From assembly GCA_014728115.1 (NCBI GenBank), contig WJME01000070.1, positions 2,448 through 66,447 of the forward strand: a DNA stretch of 64,000 bases. The letters run 5' to 3'. Each line of letters opens with the position of its first letter. Position 1 is the stretch's first letter. Source of the stretch: Candidatus Zhuqueibacterota bacterium. Its GTDB lineage: Bacteria; Zhuqueibacterota; Zhuqueibacteria; Residuimicrobiales; Oceaniaggregativiventaceae. Under the pieces are notes generated by a model. The model was not told the origin of the DNA. It worked only from the letters and a program-made list of their open reading frames with translations, and did no database searches. Below are positions 25,946 through 34,805 of this stretch, piece after piece. The translations under genes and the position numbers were made by a program.

Positions 25946-26185
25946 TTATTGTCCTCCACAACACCCGCCACAAGCTCGGGGATCGGGTTCACAACGATCG
26001 GGTTTGCCACAGCAGGGCGCGTGGTCAGGCGTTGATGAGCCCATGAGAAATCCACTGCCACCGGTAATGAGTTTCATCACCGGCCCCTGGCATTGTGGAC
26101 ACTCTGTTACAGGGTCGGCATTGATTCCATGAAAAGACTCGAAATGGTGATGGCAATCCTGACAGCGATATTCAAATGTCGGCAT
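25946..26185 (-). CDS. FmdB-family zinc-ribbon protein (CxxC-CxxC) with a Cys-rich tail
   Basis: Start at ATG 26185. MPTFEYRCQDCHHHFESFHGINADPVTECPQCQG is the FmdB/CxxC_CxxC_SSSS signature. The tail is CCGKPDRCEPDPRACGGCCGGQ. The N-terminal 30 codons in the track ORF are unlikely to be translated. Confidence 0.8.
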   Translation of the reverse strand: MPTFEYRCQDCHHHFESFHGINADPVTECPQCQGPVMKLITGGSGFLMGSSTPDHAPCCGKPDRCEPDPRACGGCCGGQ

Positions 26186-26407
26186 AGTTTGATTCCCTTT
26201 TGATCTATTTTTTAAACGATCCAAGATAAGAAAAATCGCATAAAGAATAAACAGAAAACAATCGACCCATAGCACATATTGAAATACGCTGTTGCTCTGT
26301 AAAAGTATTTTCGGTAAAGATCTTGAAAAAAAAAAAAGACATTGTATCGCAGAATAAATTGATGTACAATAGCGAAACAGGCATTCTTTTCGAAACCAGA
26401 GGAACCA

Positions 26408-27541
26408 ATGACATCCAGAGAACGACTCGTTACGGCAATGAAAGGAGAGCTACCGGATTGTGTCCCGGTATGTCCGGATATCTCGAATATGGTGCCTTGC
26501 CGGCTGACCGGCAAACCGTTTTGGGATATCTATGTTTATAAAGACCCGCCGTTATGGAAAGCCTATATCGATGCGGTAAACTATTTTGATATCGACGGCG
26601 GGTTCGAGCTATACGAATTTGGCGATCTGTTTGGCGATACCGATGCAGCCCAATGGAACCCACACATCGTGCATCGTTATAAAAACGGATCGTTTGTGAC
26701 CCAGGACTTTAACACGCACACCGGTCTCTGGCGCCGTCACGTGGTCGTGCATACCGCAGATACCCCACCGGCCACCGATGTTTTACCGGAAAAAATCGGC
26801 CTGCCACCGGTGCCGTCGACATGGGAGCCGATTACTGGCGTCAAAGAGTGGCCTACCGGCATGGAATTATGGAAGCTGATACGCAAAGAACTGGGTCATC
26901 GTGGCATTCTCGGCATGCCCAGTGGCGCCTCGACACTGATTCTGGAAAATCCTGAGGATATTTATGCGTATATGGATGATCCGGCCCCGTTTTACAAGCG
27001 CCAACAAGAGATGATCAGAACTGTGGATCTTCGAATGCAAATCATTGCAGACCTGGATGACAAACCTGATTTTCTTTTTTGTGGTGCATCAGGGTCCCTG
27101 GTCTGGCAATCGCCGGCCATATTCCGGGATCTGGCCCTGCCGGTACTGAAACATGTCACCGCCCGTGCGCACGACCTGGGGATTCCCACACATGTACACT
27201 CTTGTGGGCCTGAAAAAGTGCTGGTCAAAATGGCTGCCATGGAGACCGATCTCACGGTGATCGATCCGCTGGAGGTTCCGCCTATGGGAGATTGTGAGTT
27301 GTCAGACCTGAAACGCCAGTATGGTGACCGGATCGTGCTCAAAGGGAATCTGCATACCACCCGAACCATGCTGCAGGGCACCCCGGGTGATGTGGTCATG
27401 GCTAGTAAAAAAGCCATCGACGATGCAGCTGCTGGAGGACGTTTTATTCTTTCAACCGGAGATCAGTGCGGCCGGGATACACCTAACGAAAACTTGTGGG
27501 CCATGGTCGAGACTGCGCGAACCTATGGCAGATACAAATAA
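26408..27541 (+). CDS. Uroporphyrinogen-decarboxylase (URO-D/MtaA-like) family protein
   Basis: 377 aa. MTSRERLVTAMKGELPDCVPVCP... at the N-terminus and ...HVHSCG...LKGNL...FILSTGDQCGRDTPNENLWAMVE at the C-terminus match the URO-D-like methyltransferase/decarboxylase TIM-barrel pattern. Confidence 0.65.
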   Translation: MTSRERLVTAMKGELPDCVPVCPDISNMVPCRLTGKPFWDIYVYKDPPLWKAYIDAVNYFDIDGGFELYEFGDLFGDTDAAQWNPHIVHRYKNGSFVTQDFNTHTGLWRRHVVVHTADTPPATDVLPEKIGLPPVPSTWEPITGVKEWPTGMELWKLIRKELGHRGILGMPSGASTLILENPEDIYAYMDDPAPFYKRQQEMIRTVDLRMQIIADLDDKPDFLFCGASGSLVWQSPAIFRDLALPVLKHVTARAHDLGIPTHVHSCGPEKVLVKMAAMETDLTVIDPLEVPPMGDCELSDLKRQYGDRIVLKGNLHTTRTMLQGTPGDVVMASKKAIDDAAAGGRFILSTGDQCGRDTPNENLWAMVETARTYGRYK

Positions 27542-27608
27542 CAAGTGACATGGATAGACCGGTGGAATGTGCAAATCCGGGTGAATCGCATTACCAGGAC
27601 CTTGTTGT

Positions 27609-30600
27609 TCACCAGATCTGATGATTCTTTTGCATGGCATGGAGAAAATGTCTGGCATTCGGAATGTATTCACTCGTGGGATGCTTGTCCAGCAACTGCT
27701 TGAAATATAGAGCGGAATCTTTGTATTGCTCGATTCTAAAATAGCACTGCCCCAGCATATAGAGTGCATCATCGGTCTTGTATGTGCTGTTTAATTCCAG
27801 CACAGTTTGGAATTTGTCAATTGCCGCGCGGTATGCGTTTTGAGCATGGTGACATTCGCCGATCCAGTAATGACAGTTTACCCACAAGGGATGAGATGGG
27901 ATTTCATCCAAAATCTGTTGCCAGAGAGTATGCGCTTCAGGATAGCGACGTTGCATAAACAGGGAAAGGGCCTGGTTATACAGATCCTGAAACAAGGTAT
28001 CAGATTTATGCGCGTAAAAAAGATCATTGCTCATGGTCTCTATCTCTGCAATTTCCCGATTCAATGCCTCCATCTCGTCTTGTAAACGGTCCAACCATTC
28101 ATCCCAATTGGGCTCACGATCCAGGACAAAATTCAACCCTTTTATGATTTCACCTTCAACAGATGGACGTACCCGCACGATCCGGTAGCGTGGTTTGGAA
28201 CGTAAATCAAGAGATTTCAATTGCAGCGGATCCGGATACACGATAAACGTGCCCGGCTTTAAGCCAAGATAGTAGATATCGCCATTGTAAGGATCACTTT
28301 TGATTTGGTATAACTGATCCCCTCCTAATTCCCGACAATACAGCGTCATCCCTCCTTTACCTTTCAGGCCGTCAAGAGTTTCAATACTGACATTGCCCTG
28401 TATTTCTGCCTGTACGATGACCGGCAAGGGTACGGATTTAAAAGCATTGGGATCCGTAAAAACAGACATAGACGTAAATCGAGGTTTCCAGGCGATATTT
28501 TCCAATCCCAGAGTATTCACTTTGAGAAAATATTCTCTATAGGGTTCAAGACCGGTGATGCGAATCAGGGTATCGGCATCACAATATTCTATACGTCCCC
28601 CGTTGAGTTCAATATCCATACCCAAAACTCTGGGTTCGTTGACATCATGGATATTATTTGCATTGATATCCAGAAAAGGCGACAAGGTGATTGCGGCTCG
28701 CCCGACAGAGCTGATATGATCATAGGTCACGTGTTTTTGCTTACTGTCCAGTCCCAGGGATCCCCTGAGAAATTGAGTATTTACGATTTGTTCTCTGAAT
28801 TGACTCATGCCGCTGCCTGCGAGCATATAGGGAAATTCGTATCGGATGCCGACCTGGGCGGTCAGTGCATCATTTTGCCTGTTTTTTTCCATCTGTAAAT
28901 AAAAATAACCCTTGTGAGCAAACTGGCGTTCAACCGAAATTCCGTATAACAGGGTTTGGTTCTTGGGCCAATTATAGCCATAAAAAGGTCGCAGCAAAAA
29001 TTGTCTCCAGGTTCTGAAAAATAGCTCGAGTCTGGTTACCGTATACTGATCCAATCCCGGGGTTTGATACGAAAATGTCGACAAATGGCTATTGGCTCCC
29101 CAAAAATAGGAAGAGATATCCCATTCCCAATGATTGATATGATACCCGGGCAACATCGAGCGCTGATACTTTAAGCGCATAGTGCTACGATAATCACCTA
29201 CATTAAAAGGCATAAAGAGGGAAAGTTTGAGTTCCTGCAAATTATTTGTGGGAATGGCCTTTTGTGCAGGATTATAGCGGACAAATTCTCCCAGCAGAGT
29301 AGTGTTGGCGCTCAAGGAAACACTGGTATTGACCGATTCCATGACCTGATCGACTTTATTTGCAGAAATAATGATATTATCTTTTATACGAGCTGACAGA
29401 TCGATAAAGGGTGCAAATCCTCCGGGCACCATGCGGCTGAATTCGTACCCTCCGCCCACAGTGAACCAGTCGGCTAGACCGATATTGGTTTGCAATTTAT
29501 AAAAGGGTTCCTCTTTTGGGTTCATAAAGCGAGCCAGAGTCAAGGCATAATTCCATTCACCTGCGGGCAAAAAATGGTAGGGAATGTGAATCCATCGTTC
29601 CAGAGAGCGTTCTTCTCCCCAGGGACCGATAAACTTTAGAGTGACGAGAGTATAGCCATAGCCAATAGGAACGTTCATTTCATAATATCCACTGGCATCC
29701 GCTTTAACAAAATCGACCAAGACCCTGTTCACATACAGTTCGACCATCCAGTTGGGTTGAGTCCGGTCACTCAGTTTAACAGAGGCAAAAGAATGCCGAT
29801 AGCGCGAAGGAGAATTGGTGACATGAACGCCCAGCATGGGTCTGGGAATCAGAGTGCGGGTGTGAATATCGAGCTTGCCCACATATAACTGCCGTAAAAG
29901 AGGATTTTCGTTATTCACATATCGCCAGCGATAACGCTGTTGATTCGACACAGAGGGTGAGCGAGACCGCTGATAGGTAAACAATTCCAGGTCTCCTCCA
30001 GCGATCTCTGCACCAACGGCCGCCTGGAGTGTCTGATCGGAAGGTTTGTCTTTGTATACAGAATTGGCCAGAGACCAGTCCAGAAACGCACCGTCTAGCC
30101 AGGAAGGATTTCGAGGGATATGGACATCCACCTGCGGGGTTCGGGCGTATTGAAGATTCTTCCGCAGCTTTTGTCGTTGCATTTGCCGGATAAGCGGCAA
30201 ATCGACATCCGGGGTCATATCGACGGACAGCGAACGAAAATCGAATTCTGTCTCAAGGCCAAATATTCTCTCCCATGGTTCGAGCGCCAGATAGAGCCGG
30301 CTATTTATGCGGATGAACTGTTGCGGAGATAATGGATAGACTTTGCTTCCCAAAGTGACAGAGCGATTGGGATAATCAATCAGATAGGAATTATTTTCAT
30401 CGATATAAAAGCCGGAAATACTATCCGCAAACACCGAGGGCCTGGCTTTTATGTGAAGGAGTTCAAAAACCTCCATGACATTCAGAAAAACCGTTTCGGA
30501 TGTCAAAATGGCATCAATATCCTGAGCCCCGATATTTTTGACATTTAGGAGCAAAAAAACGTGTTCTGGGGATTCAATTTCTGAGAGTTGCGCAAAAGAT

Positions 30601-30656
30601 GCGATCGACAAAACCCATTGAAGCAGAATCAAAAAGCGCGTGAGAGATCGGTTCAT
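27609..30656 (-). CDS. Fimbrial usher-like outer-membrane protein with a fused C-terminal coiled-coil + TPR (YbgF-like) module
   Basis: Signal peptide MNRSLTRFLILLQWVLSIASFAQ. The plug-like segment is WMVELYVNRVLVDFVKADASGYYEMNVPIGYGYTLVTLKFIGPWGEERS. A long beta-rich barrel region follows. The last 168 aa (27609-28115) read WDEWLDRLQDEMEALNREIAEIE, followed by TPR-like helices (YNQALSLFMQRRYPEAHTLWQQIL, YWIGECHHAQNAYRAAIDKFQTVL, ALYMLGQCYFRIEQYKDSALYFKQLL). The gene is last in the operon after the chaperone-like gene. Confidence 0.65.
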   Translation of the reverse strand: MNRSLTRFLILLQWVLSIASFAQLSEIESPEHVFLLLNVKNIGAQDIDAILTSETVFLNVMEVFELLHIKARPSVFADSISGFYIDENNSYLIDYPNRSVTLGSKVYPLSPQQFIRINSRLYLALEPWERIFGLETEFDFRSLSVDMTPDVDLPLIRQMQRQKLRKNLQYARTPQVDVHIPRNPSWLDGAFLDWSLANSVYKDKPSDQTLQAAVGAEIAGGDLELFTYQRSRSPSVSNQQRYRWRYVNNENPLLRQLYVGKLDIHTRTLIPRPMLGVHVTNSPSRYRHSFASVKLSDRTQPNWMVELYVNRVLVDFVKADASGYYEMNVPIGYGYTLVTLKFIGPWGEERSLERWIHIPYHFLPAGEWNYALTLARFMNPKEEPFYKLQTNIGLADWFTVGGGYEFSRMVPGGFAPFIDLSARIKDNIIISANKVDQVMESVNTSVSLSANTTLLGEFVRYNPAQKAIPTNNLQELKLSLFMPFNVGDYRSTMRLKYQRSMLPGYHINHWEWDISSYFWGANSHLSTFSYQTPGLDQYTVTRLELFFRTWRQFLLRPFYGYNWPKNQTLLYGISVERQFAHKGYFYLQMEKNRQNDALTAQVGIRYEFPYMLAGSGMSQFREQIVNTQFLRGSLGLDSKQKHVTYDHISSVGRAAITLSPFLDINANNIHDVNEPRVLGMDIELNGGRIEYCDADTLIRITGLEPYREYFLKVNTLGLENIAWKPRFTSMSVFTDPNAFKSVPLPVIVQAEIQGNVSIETLDGLKGKGGMTLYCRELGGDQLYQIKSDPYNGDIYYLGLKPGTFIVYPDPLQLKSLDLRSKPRYRIVRVRPSVEGEIIKGLNFVLDREPNWDEWLDRLQDEMEALNREIAEIETMSNDLFYAHKSDTLFQDLYNQALSLFMQRRYPEAHTLWQQILDEIPSHPLWVNCHYWIGECHHAQNAYRAAIDKFQTVLELNSTYKTDDALYMLGQCYFRIEQYKDSALYFKQLLDKHPTSEYIPNARHFLHAMQKNHQIW

Positions 30657-30701
30657 CAGCTCCCTGCACTACCCTATTGATTATGTTTTGATTTGGATCA
30701 A

Positions 30702-31523
30702 TTATGGCCACTTTACAACTGCTTTTGCCAAAATTGTCTTTTCCAGATCGGATTGACTCTTGTAAATGATTATCAATTTACCCGCTGCAGGCATTCCGGA
30801 TGGAAAATCGAGGGGGAGAACAAATTTCCGGAGTCTATTAGGCGTATAAACTGCAACACCGCGCAAATTCGATACGATTCTCTGTTCTCCGGCAAAGTTT
30901 TCATACACGATATCAATATCTCCAAAAGTCGATTTTGTGCCATTGCGATGAATGGTAAAACCGAGTCCGGGAGGCTGGTTGTTCTCTGGTGCGATATACT
31001 GTATATCTGAAATTGATAAATCCACGTTCAGGTCGCCCTTGCGGACAAGGATAGGAATAGCCCATCCAAAAACAGGCTTGAGCTGGATGCTCAGATCCTG
31101 ACTTTGCGAATGCAAAGGCCTGGCTCGTTCATTATCGATAGCTCTGAAATAGAGATGGGAGCGGTATTCTCTGTCTGGTGTAGATCGTGGCATCATCACT
31201 TGCATACGCACGGTTTGGGTTTCATCCGGGGCCAATACGACCTGGCGTGGAAAGAACCGTAAAAACTCGTCTGCGAGGTATTGGCCAGAGTCAGGTTCTT
31301 CGATCTGTTCGAATTGGCCATTTTCGTTCATGCGATAGCGTACTATGGACAAGGCATAACGGGACGTATCCGAACCGATATTCACCAAGGATATCGCCTG
31401 AGTTCGTCGGCTGCCCTCAAAAACCACTCTGGGAGGGGTGATCAACAAGTCTCCCGGAGACTGGGCAAAACTAATTGCGGTAAGAATAAACCCAAGGAAA
31501 AAATAGAGAACAGGCTTGCGCAT
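30702..31523 (-). CDS. PapD-like periplasmic pilus chaperone
   Basis: I prefer the start at ATG 31523 (MRKPVLYFFLGFILTAISFAQS). LLITPPRVVFEGSRRTQAISLVNIGSD and FLRFFPRQVVLAPDETQTVRMQVMMPRSTPDREYRSHLYFRAI mirror the PapD-family pattern (PPlfrL.pg..q.lRi......P.DREslf.l.v..I). Confidence 0.7.
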   Translation of the reverse strand: MRKPVLYFFLGFILTAISFAQSPGDLLITPPRVVFEGSRRTQAISLVNIGSDTSRYALSIVRYRMNENGQFEQIEEPDSGQYLADEFLRFFPRQVVLAPDETQTVRMQVMMPRSTPDREYRSHLYFRAIDNERARPLHSQSQDLSIQLKPVFGWAIPILVRKGDLNVDLSISDIQYIAPENNQPPGLGFTIHRNGTKSTFGDIDIVYENFAGEQRIVSNLRGVAVYTPNRLRKFVLPLDFPSGMPAAGKLIIIYKSQSDLEKTILAKAVVKWP

Positions 31524-31730
31524 AAATATTTCCAAGTGTTTCAGATTGAATGATATTTAGCCAGGGTTGGATGTCAAAACAGAGGTGCCTGGTCAAAATA
31601 TGGATTTATCTGTATAATATCAACCCTTTTCATAAAAGAGAGTGTATCAAGAGCCAATTTTAACTCTGGGTACGGCATGGCCAATAGAGCGAAGCCGTGA
31701 CCTTATCGACTCGAGATACACCCCTCGCCA

Positions 31731-32240
31731 TTAATTATAAGCAAATGTGACCGTAAAGGTACCTGAATAGGTGCCCACTGCCTGATTCGCACCGACATTC
31801 AAGGTAGCTCCTACTTGAACGGTCTGATTACCCGTCCCATCCAGGGTGCCGGTTCCGCTGGGAGTGCTGGTCCAGCTGTCCACGGTCATAGTTTCGCCGG
31901 TACCACCGGTGTTGGTGATCGTGACACTCCCCGGCAATGTGATGGCATAGGTATTGTTGGCACTTCCGCTGACATCAAAAGTGGCGGCCCGATATCCTGT
32001 GCCAAAAGGCTGGAGATCAGCACCTGTTGATGTACGCGTTCCTGACGGATCAACCGTCACCGTTCCGCCGCTCGCTCCAGCGGTCATGGACCCGAATTCC
32101 AGGGTGAGTCCTGCTGTTGCCGTGATCGAACTGGCAACGGTTGCATTTGCGGTGTTGGTCGCATCAGCGGTTGACTGTGCCCAACCGAACGAGATCGAGC
32201 ACAGTACAATAAAGATGAGAACCAACCATCGTTTCCCCAT
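31731..32240 (-). CDS. DUF4402 / spore-coat-protein-U-like secreted pilin subunit
   Basis: Start at ATG 32240 with GGAGG 6 nt upstream (the track ORF extends spuriously to 32588). MGKRWLVLIFIVLCSISFGWAQS is the signal. LTLEFGSMTAGASGGTVTVDPSG...ATFDVSGSANNTYAITLPGSVTITN...VGATLNVGANQAVGTYSGTFTVTFAYN is the DUF4402 pattern. Confidence 0.75.
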   Translation of the reverse strand: MGKRWLVLIFIVLCSISFGWAQSTADATNTANATVASSITATAGLTLEFGSMTAGASGGTVTVDPSGTRTSTGADLQPFGTGYRAATFDVSGSANNTYAITLPGSVTITNTGGTGETMTVDSWTSTPSGTGTLDGTGNQTVQVGATLNVGANQAVGTYSGTFTVTFAYN

Positions 32241-32283
32241 ATGAACCTCCTTTTGTGAGTTGAGTACGTATTCCCCCTGTTGA

Positions 32284-32787
32284 TTAGTTATAGGTAAAAG
32301 TGATGGTAAACGATCCCGAATAGGTTCCTGGCGATTGATTGGGATTGACATGCAGCGTTCCGCCGACAGAAAAATCCGCGGCCCCATTTTTATCCAGTTT
32401 TCGATGCCCATGGGCCCTGTTCCACAAGGGAAATGATGTCCAGGTATCCACTTGCATGGTTTCGGTGCCGCCTTGTCGTTGCAGCAAGACAGTGCCGGGC
32501 ATGACCACATCATAGTGTGCATTGCGCTGACCCGAAAGTTGAAAAAGGGCGGGATGGTATCCCCCCCCGATGGTATGGAGTTCTGCACCCATCACACTCC
32601 GCATTCCGGTTTCAGGATCGATCGTGATGGACCCGCCGGAATTTCCCACTGTAAAGGACCCAAAATTCAAATCCTGAGCAGCGATCGCCACGAGTGCGTT
32701 CCCGATGGTTGCACGAGATGTATTCAGAGTCTGAGCAAAAATGCAGACAGGGAGTAATAATATGTACAGCAGACGACATGCAAACAT
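32284..32787 (-). CDS. DUF4402 / SCPU-like secreted pilin subunit (paralog)
   Basis: I prefer the start at ATG 32787 (MFACRLLYILLLPVCIFAQT). DLNFGSFTVGNSGGSITIDPETG...ALFQLSGQRNAHYDVVMPGTVLLQ...VGGTLHVNPNQSPGTYSGSFTITFTYN follows. It has the same architecture as the downstream paralog. Confidence 0.7.
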   Translation of the reverse strand: MFACRLLYILLLPVCIFAQTLNTSRATIGNALVAIAAQDLNFGSFTVGNSGGSITIDPETGMRSVMGAELHTIGGGYHPALFQLSGQRNAHYDVVMPGTVLLQRQGGTETMQVDTWTSFPLWNRAHGHRKLDKNGAADFSVGGTLHVNPNQSPGTYSGSFTITFTYN

Positions 32788-33282
32788 TCCTGAACGTTCC
32801 CATTTGGGATAGGCAATATACTTTCGCGCTGATATTGGCAAATACCCTGCCACGTTTTATATAAAGACCACAAAACCAAAACAATAATAACAATGACTTA
32901 TGTTAATCTTCGTCTCAGCTAAAAAAGATCACTAAAACAGGATGTCATCATAAAATGACAGATATGGCGAGCGGTAAAAAAATTTGACAGTCAAAAAGGC
33001 ATTTAAAACCAGATATTGCGGTTTTAAAACAAATATAGGAACCTATTGCAGCATGTTCCAGTTTGGCTTTATTTCGCACCGCTTTGACCCTTTGATGATA
33101 ATCCAAGTATACCTCCCTCAATATTTTACAACGGGTCTATTCTTCTAATCTAGCCAGACAAATCGAATCATCCGGCCAAGCCATGGTTACAGGGTCTGGT
33201 CACATGGACTCATTTGCGACCAACACACACCACAAAAAAACGTAAAAAATCAAATAAAATTCGCACGAAAAGCATTATTAAA

Positions 33283-33311
33283 TTGCTATTTTAGCAAAAT
33301 AATTGTACAAT
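33283..33311 (+). promoter_or_regulatory. Sigma-70-like promoter (TTGCTA-17 nt-TACAAT) overlapped by the dyad TTGCTA-TTT-TAGCAA
   Basis: The -35 TTGCTA is at 33283-33288 and the -10 TACAAT is at 33306-33311, with exactly 17 nt between them. The dyad is at 33283-33297. The promoter lies about 70 nt upstream of the Cys-rich peptide ATG. Confidence 0.45.
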
Positions 33312-33380
33312 ACAACTGTGCTCGAGCCAAATAAAAGTTGTTCAAGAATCATGACCCATCATTTTGCTTTGGAGGATATT

Positions 33381-33638
33381 ATGAGAAAAAAAATGATAAT
33401 TGTATTACTGGCCCTTTTAATGTTAACGGCCCATATTCCCGCACTATGGGCGTGCCATTGTTGTCCCAGACTATCGAATATAACAACAGGAGACGACTAT
33501 CATATAATAGATGCCTATGATGAAGGTTTTGGTGGAGGACTAACATTTTATGCTTCAGTGACAAAAAATAGAATAAGACATTTCTGTGTTTACTCTAATA
33601 ACAAAAGATACGTCTGTGAGGTATTAGGATCTTGTTAA
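33381..33638 (+). CDS. 85-aa secreted cysteine-rich peptide
   Basis: ATG 33381 has GGAGG at 33371-33375. Sequence: MRKKMIIVLLALLMLTAHIPALWA / CHCCPRLSNITTGDDYHIIDAYDEGFGGGLTFYASVTKNRIRHFCVYSNNKRYVCEVLGSC. There is a signal peptide and then six Cys, including CHCC at the predicted mature N-terminus and a C-terminal Cys. I recognise no family. Confidence 0.6.
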   Translation: MRKKMIIVLLALLMLTAHIPALWACHCCPRLSNITTGDDYHIIDAYDEGFGGGLTFYASVTKNRIRHFCVYSNNKRYVCEVLGSC

Positions 33639-33645
33639 AATGCTT

Positions 33646-33677
33646 GGAGCCTTTTGCGTGAAACAAAAGGCTCCTTT
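33646..33677 (+). terminator. Hairpin (10-bp perfect stem) with a short T-tract immediately after the peptide gene (terminator/attenuator)
   Basis: GGAGCCTTTT (33646-33655), loop GCGTGAAAC, AAAAGGCTCC (33665-33674), then TTT. It sits between the peptide gene stop (33638) and the next start (33708). Confidence 0.55.
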
Positions 33678-33707
33678 ACCTATCAAAAACATAACAGGGA
33701 ATCCCTC

Positions 33708-34805
33708 ATGCTATTGCAATCGACCGTAAAAACCGCCCTAATATCTTGTTTTATATTAATTCTTACCATAAACTGTAAGTCTAGTAGTAAATATACACTC
33801 TTGGAAGAAAATGGAATCTATCTTTATAAACGGCAGGCTGTAATTGGTGAACTGCTAAAGGAAAGGACTGATCTTACCGGACAAGAAACCCGCCACAGCC
33901 ACAGCATAGGTAATATTACAAATTTGCAAGTTGACTCTTTTAATAACATCTATGGTATAGATACTCATTAAAATAAAATTCTTTCTTTTGACTCAACTGG
34001 TTTGTTTAGGAAGCAATTTTTAAATATCGGGCAAGGTCCGGGAGAAATGACAAAACCATTCCAAATGAGCATTTATAGCGATACGATATGGGTTTCTGAT
34101 TTGAATCAGCAAAAAGTTTGTCTTTTTTCTCTTTCAGGCGAGTTTCTGAAAGAAATTCATTTTGAGCAAAGTTCGCCAGCAACATTTGCAAAGATTGGAA
34201 ATTTTATATATTTGGGCTCTTGGGAGAAAAATAAAATCTTAACTGTATATTCTCTAAAGTCCGAAAAAGAAACGACCAAAATAAACAAGGAAATACTCAA
34301 GGCGGGTCGCGATATTTATGAGACAAGGACTTTATATTTGTCATCTTTTTATGATTCTAACAATCTGGCAATCATTCAACCTCTTTTAGGCACATTGAGG
34401 ATAATTAATCTTTCAGACTATCACACTATTTTTAATTATGATTTTTTTAAACTTGGATTGGAAGGGCTAGGTAAAAATTATATAGAATCTCAGATAAATG
34501 CCGAAATAGTAGGTAAAAATGGTCCGGTAAAACCATATTGGCAATTTATAAACGAAGCATTTACGATAGACAATGAATTTTATATCACATTTTTCATAAA
34601 AGAAAAAAGCATGAATATTCTTGCAGTAAAAATTGATTTGACTAAAGAAAAAATATTCACTCCAATTTTTTCTGACAACATTTTTTCATATGTTTCAACA
34701 TTAGTAAAATTTCATGATTCAAATTCGATTTATTTATATAATCAAAAATATCAACACTTGGAAAAATGGTCAACAATAACCAGAGAATTCAATCATGAAC
34801 AATAA
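33708..34805 (+). pseudogene. 6-bladed beta-propeller lipoprotein (BF3164-like family) interrupted by an in-frame TAA at 33969-33971
   Basis: Track ORFs 33654..33971 and 34002..34805 are in the same frame, and only one stop codon separates them. The read-through sequence is ...NNIYGIDTH*NKILSFDSTGLFRKQFLNIGQGPGEMTKPF..., which is the contiguous IYxxD-x-KIxxFDxxGxFxxxxGxxGQGPGE blade motif of this family. The N-terminus MLLQSTVKTALISCFILILTINC has a lipobox. Confidence 0.65.

Noticed and set aside
26205-26514. ORFs 26205..26414 and 26212..26514 (-) and the 5' extension of the FmdB ORF to 26275
   Set aside because: They lie in an A/T-rich intergenic region that includes an A12 run. The FmdB family starts at MPTFEY, and the URO-D-like gene occupies the + strand from 26408.
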